Assembly: GCA_019510465.1 (NCBI GenBank)
Contig: JAEKKH010000145.1
Coordinates: 3,963 to 67,962, forward strand
DNA: 64,000 nt
Direction of reading: 5' to 3'
From: Burkholderiales bacterium
GTDB taxonomy: Bacteria > Pseudomonadota > Gammaproteobacteria > Burkholderiales > Burkholderiaceae_C
Below, in pieces: positions 28,149-38,592 of the stretch. Under the pieces are notes generated by a model, which ran no database searches, was not told where the DNA came from, and saw only the letters and a list, made by a program, of their open reading frames with translations. Every line of letters starts with the position of its first letter. Position 1 is the stretch's first letter. The translations under genes were made by a program, and so were the position numbers.

Positions 28149-29327
28149 TCACTGCATCCCGCGCGACGCGTTCTCCATCAGCGCCTCGCTCGACGTCACC
28201 GGCCGCGCATCCTCCGGCTCGGCGATGTCGGTCGGCACCACGTTGGGCATCAAGGCGCGCACGTCGCGCGACGCGTCCAGCGTCTCCACGCGCCCGTCGG
28301 CGTGGCGCGCGAAGCGCTGGCGTTCGGGACCGTGGACGGGGCCGGCGTCGGGCCAGGGCCAGCCGCCGAAGGCCGTGCGGCGATAGTCCTCGAAGGCCTG
28401 GCGCAGTTCGGCCTCGGTGTTCATCACGAACGGGCCGTACTGGGCCACCGGCTCGCCGATGGGACGGCCCTGCAGCATCAGGAACTCAGCCAGTTCGCCG
28501 CCCGTGTTGACCAGCTCGACGTCGCTGGCCGCGCGCAACTCGATCGCGGCATGCTGCGCGATGGCCTGCCCGGCGACGCTGACGCCGCTCCCCGCGAAGA
28601 AGTAGAGCCTGCGGCGCGCCGCAGGGTTGGCGGCGGCGGGCAGCGTCCAGCGGGCGCCGGGCTGCAGGCGCAGCGTCCAGATCGCGACGTCGGCCTCGGG
28701 CTGCGAGGCCCACGAGTCCGGCGGCGGGGGCAGCGCCTGCGCGACATCCGCGGCGCCGCCGCTGGAGGGCGGCCCCTCGAGACGGCCCGCGATGACGGCG
28801 ACCTCGGTGGCGGCGCCGCCTTCGCTCGTGAACACGCGGTGCGGGATGTCGCCGGCCCAGAACATCGTGAAATGCGGCTCGCTCATCTTGCTGCGCGCGG
28901 GCAGGTTCAGCCAGATCTGGAACAGCTCCAGCGGGTTGGGCCGGTCCGTGTCGAGCAGCGGGAACATCTCCGAGTGGACGATGCCCTTGCCGGCCGTGAG
29001 CCACTGGACGTCGCCGCCGCCGAAGCGCGCGGCGGCGCCCAGCGAGTCGGCGTGATCGGTCAGGCCCTGGCGGACGATGGTGACCGTCTCGAAGCCGCGA
29101 TGCGGATGCGACGGAAAGCCCGGCACGGCCTGGCCGTGGTACATGTTCCAGCCATCCTTGCCGGCGAAGTCCTGCCCGATCGCGCGGCCCGCGAGCGACG
29201 CGTCCGGACCGAAGCGGCCGTCGCCCTTCGGGTAGGCGTCGTCGTGGTGGACGCAGAACAGGAACGGGTCCGCGGTTTCCCACGGGAAGCCCAGCGGTTG
29301 GATCTGCAGGATGGCGTGGTCGGGCAT
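28149..29327 (-). CDS. Pirin family protein
   Basis: DPFLFCVHH, HPHRGFETVT, QWLTAGKGIVHSE, QIWLNLP, GPFVMNT. Confidence 0.93.
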   Translation of the reverse strand: MPDHAILQIQPLGFPWETADPFLFCVHHDDAYPKGDGRFGPDASLAGRAIGQDFAGKDGWNMYHGQAVPGFPSHPHRGFETVTIVRQGLTDHADSLGAAARFGGGDVQWLTAGKGIVHSEMFPLLDTDRPNPLELFQIWLNLPARSKMSEPHFTMFWAGDIPHRVFTSEGGAATEVAVIAGRLEGPPSSGGAADVAQALPPPPDSWASQPEADVAIWTLRLQPGARWTLPAAANPAARRRLYFFAGSGVSVAGQAIAQHAAIELRAASDVELVNTGGELAEFLMLQGRPIGEPVAQYGPFVMNTEAELRQAFEDYRRTAFGGWPWPDAGPVHGPERQRFARHADGRVETLDASRDVRALMPNVVPTDIAEPEDARPVTSSEALMENASRGMQ

Positions 29328-29488
29328 GGCGGCTTGCGGTGAGCGGTCGGACGAAGCGACGAGTCTAGCCAGACGCCTTCGTCGTCACGCCGCGAAGGGG
29401 CATGGGCCATGCCGGCGCCCACGCGACGCGCGCGCGCACGAGCAGGGGCGCGCGGCCGGCGGCCGCGCGCGCCGGCGCCGGGCGACGC

Positions 29489-30511
29489 TCAGAACGGCGC
29501 CGATGCGTCTTGCGCGTCGGCCGGCGCGTAGGGCGACGCCGCGCCCATCGCGGCCGTCTGGCCGGTCAGTGCGGCGATGACCTTGTCGGTGGTGGACGCG
29601 CCGGCCTCGCCGAGCATGAGCGGCCCGCCGAGTGCCTCGACGAGGTCGGGGATCAGCTTGCCGAGCTCGCCGGTGGCGATCGCGACGTCGGCGTCGAAGT
29701 TGTTGTCGCCCTTGCCGGCGGCCTCCTGGCCCTCGAGCACGACGTCGAGCAGCTTGATCTTCCTGAGGGCGAATTGCTCGGTGAGCACGAACGAGACGCG
29801 GCTGTCCCAGGTCATCGCCAGCTGGGTGGGCAGCTTGCCCTGCCTGATGTGCTCGCCCACCTCGTCGATGTCGAGCGTGTGGCGCGCGTAGCGCACGAGC
29901 GACTTCTCGCTGTCGGGCTGCTTGAGCTCGCACTCGCGGTCGATCGTGAAGCCGGGCGGAGCCTCCTTGGTGGCGAGCCAGTCGGCCATCGCGACCGCGG
30001 CGGACAGCTGCGTCTGCACCAGCTCGAGCCGGATGCCGCCGGACAGGAGCTCGGTCAGCAGGGTGACGATCTTGTCGGCCTTCTTCGCGCTGCCGGCGCC
30101 GATGACGATGAGGTTGTTCTGCAGGTCGATCCAGATCGGCGTGTTGCCGCGCTTGGGGAACGCGCGCGGCAGCAGCTCGTGGACGATCTCCTCCTTGAGC
30201 TCCTTGGCGGCCTTGCCCTTGGGACGGCGGCCGGTGTCCTGCTCGATCTTGTCGAGCCGCGCCTCCAGCTGGGACTTCACCGCGCCGCCGGGCACGGCCT
30301 TGGTCTCGATGCACAGCTTCAGGATCCACTGGCCCGCGACGCTCTCGACCAGCGGCCCATGCTTCTCGCCGCGAGGCTCGACCCAGCCGAGGGACTCCTG
30401 CTGCGCCGCGCCGCACTCGACGAAGCGCGCCGCGTCCAGGCGCGGCTCCAGCTCGGCCAGGGTCGGGCGCTCCCATTGATCGATGCGATAGACGATGACG
30501 TTCTTGAACAT
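29489..30511 (-). CDS. rdgC: Recombination-associated protein RdgC
   Basis: MFKNVIVYR, GWVEPRG, LLPRAF, GKLPTQLAMTW, FDADVAI. Confidence 0.93.
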   Translation of the reverse strand: MFKNVIVYRIDQWERPTLAELEPRLDAARFVECGAAQQESLGWVEPRGEKHGPLVESVAGQWILKLCIETKAVPGGAVKSQLEARLDKIEQDTGRRPKGKAAKELKEEIVHELLPRAFPKRGNTPIWIDLQNNLIVIGAGSAKKADKIVTLLTELLSGGIRLELVQTQLSAAVAMADWLATKEAPPGFTIDRECELKQPDSEKSLVRYARHTLDIDEVGEHIRQGKLPTQLAMTWDSRVSFVLTEQFALRKIKLLDVVLEGQEAAGKGDNNFDADVAIATGELGKLIPDLVEALGGPLMLGEAGASTTDKVIAALTGQTAAMGAASPYAPADAQDASAPF

Positions 30512-30648
30512 GGGATCCGACCGGAAAATGCGCGAGAAGCAGCGGAGCGCGCGATTCTAGGCGAGCTGTATTTCCGTCCAGCAACCGGTTGTTGCGGCCG
30601 CCGCCGATTCCGGCAAAACCGCACGCCGCGCGCGGCGAGAATGCCGGC

Positions 30649-31149
30649 ATGAAGGTGTTCGGCATCGCGGGCTTTTCGGGCATGGGCAAGACGACGCTGC
30701 TGGCGCGGCTGGTGCCGGCGCTGGTGGCGCGCGGCCTGCGCGTCTCGATGATCAAGCACAGCCACAAGGACATCGAGGTCGACCGTCCCGGCAAGGACTC
30801 GTACCGGCTGCGCGAGGCCGGCTGCCACGAGGTGCTGCTGCTGGGGAGCACGCGCTGGGCGCTGATGCACGAGCTGCGCGGCGCGGACGAGCCGCCACTG
30901 GACTACCTGCTCGACCGCCTGCAGGACGTCGACCTCGTGCTGGTCGAAGGCTTCAAGCACGGCGACTTCCCCAAGCTGGAGGTCTGGCGCGCCGAGGCCG
31001 GCAAGCCGACCCTGTCGCCCGGCTGGCCCGGCATCCGCGCCATCGCCAGCGACGACCGTGTCGAGGCGGCCGCCGGCGTCGCCCTGCTGCCGCTGGCCGA
31101 CACGCAGGCCATCGCCGACTTCGTGCTCGCCCACGCCGCCGCGCGCTGA
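30649..31149 (+). CDS. mobB: Molybdopterin-guanine dinucleotide biosynthesis protein B
   Basis: GFSGMGKTTL, IKHSH, PGKDSYR, LVLVEGFK. Confidence 0.93.
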   Translation: MKVFGIAGFSGMGKTTLLARLVPALVARGLRVSMIKHSHKDIEVDRPGKDSYRLREAGCHEVLLLGSTRWALMHELRGADEPPLDYLLDRLQDVDLVLVEGFKHGDFPKLEVWRAEAGKPTLSPGWPGIRAIASDDRVEAAAGVALLPLADTQAIADFVLAHAAAR

Positions 31150-31159
31150 AAGGGCCGCC

Positions 31160-31960
31160 ATGCCGCGCTTCGCCGCCAACGTCTCGATGCTGTTCACCGA
31201 AGCGCCCTTCCTGGAGCGCTTCGAGCTCGCCGCGAGGGCGGGCTTCGCCGCCGTCGAATGCCAGTTCCCCTACGAGGCGCCGGCCGGGGAGATCCGCGCG
31301 CGGCTGGACGAGCACGGCCTGGCGATGGTGCTGCACAACCTGCCCGCCGGCGACTGGGCCGCGGGCGATCGCGGGCTCGCCGCGCTGCCGCATCGCATCG
31401 ACGAGTTCCGGGCGGGGGTGCCGCGCGCGATCGCCTATGCGCACGCGCTGGGCGTCGGGCAGCTGAACTGCCTGGCCGGCATCGCGCCGCCCGGCGTCGA
31501 CGCCGATACCGTCCGCCGTACCCTCGTCGACAACCTGCGCTTCGCCGCGCGCGCGCTCGCCGCCGAGGGCCTGGCACTGCTCGTCGAGCCGATCAACACC
31601 TTCGACGTCCCCGGCTTCGTCGTGAACCGCACCGCGTCCTGCGTCGCGCTGCTCGACGAGGTCGGCGAGCCGAACGCCTTCGTGCAGTACGACGCGTACC
31701 ACGCGCAGCGCATGGAGGGCGAGCTGGCCGGCACGCTCGCCGCGTTCATGCCGCGCATCGCCCACGTCCAGGTGGCCGACAACCCGAGCCGCCACGAGCC
31801 GGGGACCGGCGAGATCCGCTTCGAGTTCCTGTTCGCGCAACTCGATCGCCTGGGCTACCCCGGCTGGGTGGGTTGCGAGTACCGGCCGAAGGACGGGACG
31901 GACGCCGGCCTGGCCTGGCTGCCGCCGGGCGCGCTGGCCGTTCGTCGCCCGCGCCGTTGA
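31160..31960 (+). CDS. hyi: Hydroxypyruvate isomerase family protein
   Basis: FAANVSMLF, LHNLPAGDWAAG, EPIN, YHAQRMEG, RHEPGTGEI, GCEY. Confidence 0.8.
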   Translation: MPRFAANVSMLFTEAPFLERFELAARAGFAAVECQFPYEAPAGEIRARLDEHGLAMVLHNLPAGDWAAGDRGLAALPHRIDEFRAGVPRAIAYAHALGVGQLNCLAGIAPPGVDADTVRRTLVDNLRFAARALAAEGLALLVEPINTFDVPGFVVNRTASCVALLDEVGEPNAFVQYDAYHAQRMEGELAGTLAAFMPRIAHVQVADNPSRHEPGTGEIRFEFLFAQLDRLGYPGWVGCEYRPKDGTDAGLAWLPPGALAVRRPRR

Positions 31961-32042
31961 TTCGCCGCTCCCGAACCGCCATTGGTCGGTCCGCCGCAGG
32001 ATCGGTCAACGCGTTTCGGTATGGTCGCTGATAGAGTGCGCG

Positions 32043-33338
32043 ATGCCGTCGGGTCCGCGGCACGCTCCTGGACCCCTTGCCGGAGACTTCAAGATCGACG
32101 CGAACCTGTTGAACGAGCTGCGCATCCAGCGCACCGAGCGCGATGACCACCGCGGCCCGCCGCGCTGGCTGTGGATCGCGCTGGCGATCGTCGCCGTCGT
32201 GGCGCTGCTCGCCGCGGGCGGCTGGTGGGCGTGGAGCTCGCGTCCCCTCGCGGTGCAGACCGCCACCGCCACGGCGCCTGCCGGCGGCGGCTCGGCCGGC
32301 GCGGTGCTGCAGGCCACCGGCTACGTGACGCCGCGGCGTCGCGCCACCGTCTCCACGCAGATCACCGGCACGCTGACGCAGGTGCTGATCGAGGAAGGCG
32401 ACCACGTGCAGAAGGGCCAGGTGCTCGCCAGGCTCGAGGACAGCGCGCTGCGCGCCGGCCTCGACGCCGCGCGCGCCAACCTCGCCAGCGCCCGGGCGCA
32501 GGTCGTCTCCGCGCAGGCCCAGCTCGCGCAGGCGCAATCGGACGAGCGCCGCCAGGTCGAACTGCTGGCCAGCGGCATGGTCACCAAGGCGGCCGGCGAC
32601 CAGGCGCGCACCGCGGTGGCCACCGCCGCCGCCCAGCTCGACGCGCGCCGCCGCGAGGCCGACGCCGCCAGGGCGCAGCTGGGGCAGGCGCAGGTCAACT
32701 TCGACTATTCGGTGGTGCGCGCCCCGTTCGCAGGCGTGGTCACCGAGAAGGCGGCGCAGGTCGGCGAGATCGTCTCGCCGCTGTCGGCCGGCGGCGGCTT
32801 CACGCGCACCGGCGTGGGCACCATCGTCGACATGGATTCGCTCGAAGTCGAGGTCGACGTCGCCGAGGCCTACATCGGCGAGGTGCAGGCCGGCATGCCC
32901 GCCGAGGCGGTGCTCGACGCCTATCCCGACTGGAAGATCCCGGCGCACGTGATCGCCGTGATCCCCGCCGCCGACCGCGGCAAGGGCACGGTCAAGGTGC
33001 GTGTCGCGCTCGACCAGAAGGACGCCCGCCTCGTGCCCGACATCGGCGTGCGCGTGTCCTTCCTGGCGAAGAAGGATGCGGCCACGCCCGCGGCGGCCCG
33101 GGCGCCGCGCGGCGCGCTGGTGCCGGCGGCGGCCGTGGTCCAGCGCGACGGCCACCCCGCCGTGTTCGTCGTCGTGGACGGCAAGGCGGTGCTGCACGCC
33201 GTCACGCCGGCGACGCCGGACGTCGGCACGATGAAGTCGATTCCCGCCGGCATTTCCGCCGGCGACAAGGTGGTGCTGTCGCCGCCGGCCACGCTGCAGG
33301 ACGGCGCGGCGGTCAAGACCGACGACGCAGCCCGCTGA
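32043..33338 (+). CDS. Membrane-fusion / periplasmic adaptor (MacA-like)
   Basis: Single TM; lipoyl halves (EEGDHVQKGQVLARL, RAPFAG) flanking a coiled coil; start uncertain. Confidence 0.88.
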   Translation: MPSGPRHAPGPLAGDFKIDANLLNELRIQRTERDDHRGPPRWLWIALAIVAVVALLAAGGWWAWSSRPLAVQTATATAPAGGGSAGAVLQATGYVTPRRRATVSTQITGTLTQVLIEEGDHVQKGQVLARLEDSALRAGLDAARANLASARAQVVSAQAQLAQAQSDERRQVELLASGMVTKAAGDQARTAVATAAAQLDARRREADAARAQLGQAQVNFDYSVVRAPFAGVVTEKAAQVGEIVSPLSAGGGFTRTGVGTIVDMDSLEVEVDVAEAYIGEVQAGMPAEAVLDAYPDWKIPAHVIAVIPAADRGKGTVKVRVALDQKDARLVPDIGVRVSFLAKKDAATPAAARAPRGALVPAAAVVQRDGHPAVFVVVDGKAVLHAVTPATPDVGTMKSIPAGISAGDKVVLSPPATLQDGAAVKTDDAAR

Positions 33339-33369
33339 TTCTTTCGAGTCCCAAAGGAGCGAGAACGAG

Positions 33370-34056
33370 ATGACCCAGTTGATCGAAATCCGCGACGTCT
33401 CGAAGATCTACGAACGCGGCAGGCAGAAGGTCGAGGTGCTGCACCACATCGACCTCGACGTGGCCCAGGGCCAGTTCCTTGCCTTGATGGGGCCGTCGGG
33501 CTCCGGCAAGACGACGCTGCTGAACCTGATCGGCGGCCTCGACTCCCCGTCGGGCGGCAGCATCACGGTGGGCGGCCAGCGCATCGACAACCTCGGCGCC
33601 GGCGCGCTCGCCAAGTGGCGCGCGTCGCAGGTCGGCTTCGTGTTCCAGTTCTACAACCTGATGCCGATGCTGTCGGCGCAGCGCAATGTCGAACTGCCGC
33701 TGCTGCTGACCAAGCTGTCCGGCGCGGAGCGCAGGAAGCGCGCCGCCATCGCGCTGGAGCTGGTGGGCCTGGCCGACCGCGCCAGCCACAAGCCGACGGA
33801 GCTGTCGGGCGGCCAGCAGCAGCGCGTGTCGATCGCCCGCGCCATCGTCTCCGACCCGACGCTGCTGGTCTGCGACGAGCCCACCGGCGACCTCGACCGC
33901 CAGTCGGCCGAGGACGTGCTGGCGCTGCTGCGCGCGCTCAACCGCGACCACGGCAAGACCATCCTGATGGTCACCCACGACCCGAAGGCCGCCGAATACG
34001 CCAACCAGACGCTGCACCTGGACAAGGGAACGCTGGTCGAGCAGGTCGCGGCCTGA
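33370..34056 (+). CDS. ABC exporter ATP-binding subunit (MacB/LolD-like)
   Basis: GPSGSGKT, LSGGQQQR, DEPTGDLD, VTHD. Confidence 0.95.
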   Translation: MTQLIEIRDVSKIYERGRQKVEVLHHIDLDVAQGQFLALMGPSGSGKTTLLNLIGGLDSPSGGSITVGGQRIDNLGAGALAKWRASQVGFVFQFYNLMPMLSAQRNVELPLLLTKLSGAERRKRAAIALELVGLADRASHKPTELSGGQQQRVSIARAIVSDPTLLVCDEPTGDLDRQSAEDVLALLRALNRDHGKTILMVTHDPKAAEYANQTLHLDKGTLVEQVAA

Positions 34057-34075
34057 GCCGGCGCAGGAGTCGCTC

Positions 34076-35242
34076 ATGAAATACCTGCACCTGATCTGGG
34101 CCTCGCTGTTCCGCCGCAAGACGCGCACGATCCTCACGCTCGTGTCCATCGTCGCGGCCTTCCTGCTGTTCGGCCTGCTCGACGCCGTGCGCACCTCGTT
34201 CGCGGAAGCGGGCCAGAGCGCCAACGGCGCGCAGCGCCTGCAGACCGGCTCGCGCCTGTCGTTCATCCAGACGCTGCCGCAGTCGCTGCAGTCGCGCATG
34301 GAGCAGGTGCCCGGCGTCAAGACCGTCACGTACGCGAACTGGTTCGGCGGCGCCTACCAGGACCCGCACAACCAGGTCTTCAGCTTCGCCGTGGCGCCGA
34401 ACTACCTCGACCTCTATCCGGAGATGTCCGTCAGCGACGCCGAGCGCAAGGCCTTCGCCGGCACGCGCACCGGCGTGCTGGTCGGCGAAGGGCTGATGCA
34501 GCGCTTCCACTGGAAGGTGGGCGACCGCATCCCGATGCAGTCCACCATCTTCCCGGATCGCTCGGGCAGCAAGAACTGGGTGTTCGACATCAGCGGCGTC
34601 ATCCACTCCACCGACAAGAAGGCGGCGGGCTTCTTCGACCAGATGATGCTGCTGCACTGGACGTACTTCGACGACACCACGCCGTACAACCGCGGCCAGG
34701 TGGGCTGGTACGTGACGCGCGTGACGGACGTCAACCAGGCCGACCGCGTGGCCAAGGCCATCGACGCGCTGTCGGCCAACTCCGACCACGAGACGCGCAC
34801 GCAGACCGAACAGGCCGCCACGGCAAGCTGGATGAAGCAGCTGGCCGACATCGGCCTGATCGTGACGTCGATCATGGGCGCCGTCTTCTTCACCCTGATG
34901 CTGCTGTCGGGCAACACGATGATGCAGGCCGTGCGCGAGCGCACGAGCGAGCTGGCGGTGCTCAAGACGATCGGCTTCTCCAGCACCAGCGTGCTGGCGA
35001 TGGTGCTCGCCGAATCGGTGCTGCTGCTGCTGCTGGGCGGCGTCATCGGCATCGGGCTCGCCGAGCCGCTGATCCCGCTGATCAGCCACGGCAGCAACGG
35101 CATGCTGGCCCTGTCGCCGGTGGGCGCGGGCAGCTGGGCCCTCGGGCTCGGGCTGATGCTCGCGATCGGGGTGCTGGTGGGCGCGCTGCCGGCCTGGAGC
35201 GCCATGCGCCTGAACATCGTCGACGCGCTCGCGCGCCGCTGA
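34076..35242 (+). CDS. ABC exporter permease (MacB/FtsX-like)
   Basis: 4-TM topology with large periplasmic loop; VRERTSELAVLKTIGF. Confidence 0.9.
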   Translation: MKYLHLIWASLFRRKTRTILTLVSIVAAFLLFGLLDAVRTSFAEAGQSANGAQRLQTGSRLSFIQTLPQSLQSRMEQVPGVKTVTYANWFGGAYQDPHNQVFSFAVAPNYLDLYPEMSVSDAERKAFAGTRTGVLVGEGLMQRFHWKVGDRIPMQSTIFPDRSGSKNWVFDISGVIHSTDKKAAGFFDQMMLLHWTYFDDTTPYNRGQVGWYVTRVTDVNQADRVAKAIDALSANSDHETRTQTEQAATASWMKQLADIGLIVTSIMGAVFFTLMLLSGNTMMQAVRERTSELAVLKTIGFSSTSVLAMVLAESVLLLLLGGVIGIGLAEPLIPLISHGSNGMLALSPVGAGSWALGLGLMLAIGVLVGALPAWSAMRLNIVDALARR

Positions 35243-35252
35243 AGGAGCCGCC

Positions 35253-36569
35253 ATGAAGACCTGGATGACCCTCCTGTTGCTGCTGTTCCTGGCCGTGGTG
35301 CTGGGCGTGTGGATCGCGCTGCCCTGGCAGGGCGCACTGGTGCTGACCGTGTTGCTGGCGCTGTGGCTGGGGCTGACGCGACCCGGACGCCGCGCCCTGT
35401 CGGTGGCCGGCGTCGGCATCAGCACGCTGGGCCAGCGGCTGGGCTCGTCGGCCGTGATCGTCGTGGGCATCGCCGGCGTCGTGGGCGTGCTGGTGGCCAT
35501 GCTGGCGATGGCCGAGGGCTACGCCGAGACGCTGCGCAAGACCGGCAGCCTCGACACCGCCATCGTGCTGCGCGGCGCCTCGGCGGCCGAGGTGATGTCG
35601 GGGCTCGACCGCGACAGCATCGTGCAGATCGCGCAGACGGCCGGCATCGCGCGCGACGCCAAGGGCGAGCCGCTGGCCTCGCCCGAGACCGTCGTCGCGG
35701 CCAACCTGCCGCTCAAGGGCGGCAGCGCCGACGACGAGGGCAGCGTGCAGCTGCGCGGCGTCGGGGCCGAGGTCTGGGCGGTGCGGCCGCAGGTGCGCAT
35801 CGTCGACGGTCGCCGCTTCACCCCGGGCCTGCGCGAGCTGATCGTGGGCCGTGGCGCCGCCAGGCAGTTCGCCGGGCTGGTGCCTGGCCAGCCGATCCGC
35901 CTCGGCAGCCAGACCTGGACCGTGGCCGGCGTGTTCGCCAGCGGCGACGCGCTGGAGTCCGAGATCTGGGGCGACGCCAACGTCGTGGCCGAGACCTACG
36001 AGCGCGGCAGCAGCCGCAACTCGGTCACGGTGCGACTGGCGGATGCGAACGGGTTCAAGCCCTTCAAGGCCGCGCTCGAGGCCAACCCGCAGCTCAAGAT
36101 CGACGCCAGCACGACGCTGGACTACTTCAGCAAGCAGTCCGAAGGCACGGCCACCGTGATCCGCATCATCGGCATCGTCGTGGGCACGATCATGGCGATC
36201 GGGGCGATGTTCGGCGCGCTCAACACGATGTTCGCCGCCGTCGCGGCACGCGCGCGCGAGATCGCCACGCTGCGCGCGATCGGCTTCGCCGGCCTGCCGG
36301 TCGTCGTGGCCATCCTGCTCGAGACGATGCTGCTCGCGCTGGCCGGCGGCGTCCTCGGCGGGGCGCTCGCCTGGCTCCTGTTCAACGGCTACGGCGCCTC
36401 CACGATGGCGGCCGGCTCGGTCGGCAAGCTCAGCTTCGAGCTTCACGTGACCGCGGGCGTGCTCTGGCAGGGCCTGAAGTGGGCCCTGGCCATCGGCTTC
36501 ATCGGGGGCCTGTTCCCGGCGGTGCGGGCCGCGACGATGCCCGTGACCGCCGCGCTGCGCGAGCTGTGA
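35253..36569 (+). CDS. ABC exporter permease (MacB/FtsX-like)
   Basis: RAREIATLRAIGF; GGLFPAVRA. Confidence 0.9.
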   Translation: MKTWMTLLLLLFLAVVLGVWIALPWQGALVLTVLLALWLGLTRPGRRALSVAGVGISTLGQRLGSSAVIVVGIAGVVGVLVAMLAMAEGYAETLRKTGSLDTAIVLRGASAAEVMSGLDRDSIVQIAQTAGIARDAKGEPLASPETVVAANLPLKGGSADDEGSVQLRGVGAEVWAVRPQVRIVDGRRFTPGLRELIVGRGAARQFAGLVPGQPIRLGSQTWTVAGVFASGDALESEIWGDANVVAETYERGSSRNSVTVRLADANGFKPFKAALEANPQLKIDASTTLDYFSKQSEGTATVIRIIGIVVGTIMAIGAMFGALNTMFAAVAARAREIATLRAIGFAGLPVVVAILLETMLLALAGGVLGGALAWLLFNGYGASTMAAGSVGKLSFELHVTAGVLWQGLKWALAIGFIGGLFPAVRAATMPVTAALREL

Positions 36570-36599
36570 TGCCGTGGGCGCGCCCGTCGCGCCCCGGGC

Positions 36600-36824
36600 T
36601 CAGCCTCTCAGCACCGAGCCGATCAGCGCCACGCACACGCTCAGCAGCACGGCCATCCCCGGGATGACCAGCGGCAGCAGGTGGATCGGGCGCAGGCGCG
36701 CCCGCATCGGGTGGTCGTTGAGCCGGTGCGACTCGGCGTCGAAATGCGCCGGGTGCGGCGCGAACACGTGCGCCACGCCGTCGCTCCAGCGGTGCAGCGT
36801 GGCGGGGATGGAAGAAGCGTGCAT
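36600..36824 (-). CDS. Small hypothetical membrane protein
   Basis: GAGGAG RBS; C-terminal hydrophobic helix LLPLVIPGMAVLLSVCVALIG. Confidence 0.5.
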   Translation of the reverse strand: MHASSIPATLHRWSDGVAHVFAPHPAHFDAESHRLNDHPMRARLRPIHLLPLVIPGMAVLLSVCVALIGSVLRG

Positions 36825-37064
36825 GGCAGGAGCTCCTCGAGGAGGCGGCACCGCGATGGCAAGGGCAGGAACCGGCCCCGCGCGCCGCCACCGTGCCCAT
36901 GGACGGCGTGCCTGTCTCGGCCAATGTGATCCCGTCCGCGCCGCGGCGCAAGGGCGTGCGCAATGCATGCGACGGGCGCGCGGGTATCGCGCCAGCGTTG
37001 ATGCGGCAGGATGGCGGACGGCCCGTGCGCGACGGGCGTCCCAGCGCGTCCCGCGGCGCCAGCG

Positions 37065-37373
37065 ATGTGGCAGCGCAGCATCGCGCGCGACATCGAGCGA
37101 GAGGCCTGCAAGGCGCAGATGCTCGCCGTGCCAGAGGCCAAGCGCCTCGAGTCGGGCCGACAATTCATGTCGGCGCACAACCGGCGCCTGTTGCGCGAGC
37201 AGGCCGCCATGAGCGCGACGGACGATCACCAGGGCGCGTTCCCGGCCGATTTCGTCGATGACTTCAACGAGCCGGGGCCGGACGACGATTTCGAGTTCGG
37301 CATCGACTACCGGGCCGGCGGCGCCAGCCACTGCGACTTCCGTTTCTCGCGATGGCCACCCGACCCGGCGTGA
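37065..37373 (+). pseudogene. Probable truncated, internally deleted L-2-amino-thiazoline-4-carboxylate hydrolase-like gene
   Basis: FPADFV...DDFEFGIDYRA joined directly to GGASHCDFRF; in my recollection of the family these two motifs are separated by tens of residues. Confidence 0.4.
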
Positions 37374-37394
37374 GCCGAGGGCCGCCGAGGCCGT

Positions 37395-38150
37395 TCAGCC
37401 GCGGCCGACGAACGGCATCTTCGTGGCCATGAGGGTCATGAACTGCACGTTGGCGTCGAGCGGCAGGCTCGCCATGTGGACGACGGCGTCGGCCACGCGC
37501 TCGACGTCCAGCATCGGCTCCGGCGCGATGCGGCCGTCGGCCTGCTTCACGCCGGTGGCCATGCGGGCGGCCATGTCGGTGACGGCGTTGCCGATGTCGA
37601 TCTGGCCGCAGGCGATGTCGTACGCGCGGCCGTCGAGCGAGATCGACTTCGTCAGGCCCGTCACCGCGTGCTTGGTGGCCGTGTAGGGCGCGGAATCGGG
37701 GCGCGGTGCACGGGCCGAGATCGAGCCGTTGTTGATGATGCGGCCACCGCGTGGCGACTGCGCCTTCATCGCGCGGAAGGCGCCCTGGGCGCACAGGAAC
37801 ATGCCGGTGAGGTTGGTGTCGACGACCGCACGCCAGCGCTCGTAGGTCAGTTCCTCGAACGGGATGCCGTTGGCGCTGATGCCGGCGTTGTTGAAGAGCA
37901 CGTCGACGCGGCCGAAGCGCGCGAGCGTCGCCGCGTACAGCGCGTCGACCTGCCCGGGCTGCGTGACATCGGTGGGCACGGCCAGCAGCGCGTCGCCGCC
38001 GCCGGCCTGCGCGGCGACCTGCTCGAGCGCCTGCGCGCGGCGGCCCGCGAGCACGACGCGATACCCCGCCCGGTACAGCGCCAGCGCGCAGGCCTTGCCG
38101 ATGCCGCTGCCGGCGCCGGTGACGACGGCGACCTGGATCCTCGGGTTCAT
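37395..38150 (-). CDS. Short-chain dehydrogenase/reductase
   Basis: [17 protein letters not shown]. Confidence 0.93.
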   Translation of the reverse strand: MNPRIQVAVVTGAGSGIGKACALALYRAGYRVVLAGRRAQALEQVAAQAGGGDALLAVPTDVTQPGQVDALYAATLARFGRVDVLFNNAGISANGIPFEELTYERWRAVVDTNLTGMFLCAQGAFRAMKAQSPRGGRIINNGSISARAPRPDSAPYTATKHAVTGLTKSISLDGRAYDIACGQIDIGNAVTDMAARMATGVKQADGRIAPEPMLDVERVADAVVHMASLPLDANVQFMTLMATKMPFVGRG

Positions 38151-38297
38151 GGTCGAGTTCTCTCCTGTCGAGTTGAAACGTCCGGCAGTGGATCCGGACA
38201 CGCCCCGCGTCCCCTGCCTGAGGGATATGCCCGCGTGCGCGAAGGTTCAAGATGGGGCTTCGCAGCGGGCCGCCAGATGTCCGCATCAGGGGGTTCG

Positions 38298-38585
38298 ATG
38301 ATGCAGCACTTCTGCTCCAGCGCCGCGCAACGCGCCGCGCTCCGTTCGCGTCCTGGCAGTGGCCGATGCGCCACCGCCGGCACGCTGATTCTCGCCTCGG
38401 CCTCGACCGTCGCGCTCGTGCTGCTGTCGGGCTGCCATGCGGCGCCCGCCGGCCGTGCGGGCAACGCGTTCATGGCCACCTCGGCCGACCAGGCCGTCGA
38501 GGCGCGGCTGGCCGCGAGCGAGGCGATGCCGCCGCTGCGGCCGTTCGACGAGCATCTCGGCGCCGAACTCGTCTCCGGCGACTGA
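38298..38585 (+). CDS. Possible small lipoprotein
   Basis: Hydrophobic stretch then LSGC lipobox; coding status weak. Confidence 0.3.
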   Translation: MMQHFCSSAAQRAALRSRPGSGRCATAGTLILASASTVALVLLSGCHAAPAGRAGNAFMATSADQAVEARLAASEAMPPLRPFDEHLGAELVSGD

Positions 38586-38592
38586 GGCGCTT

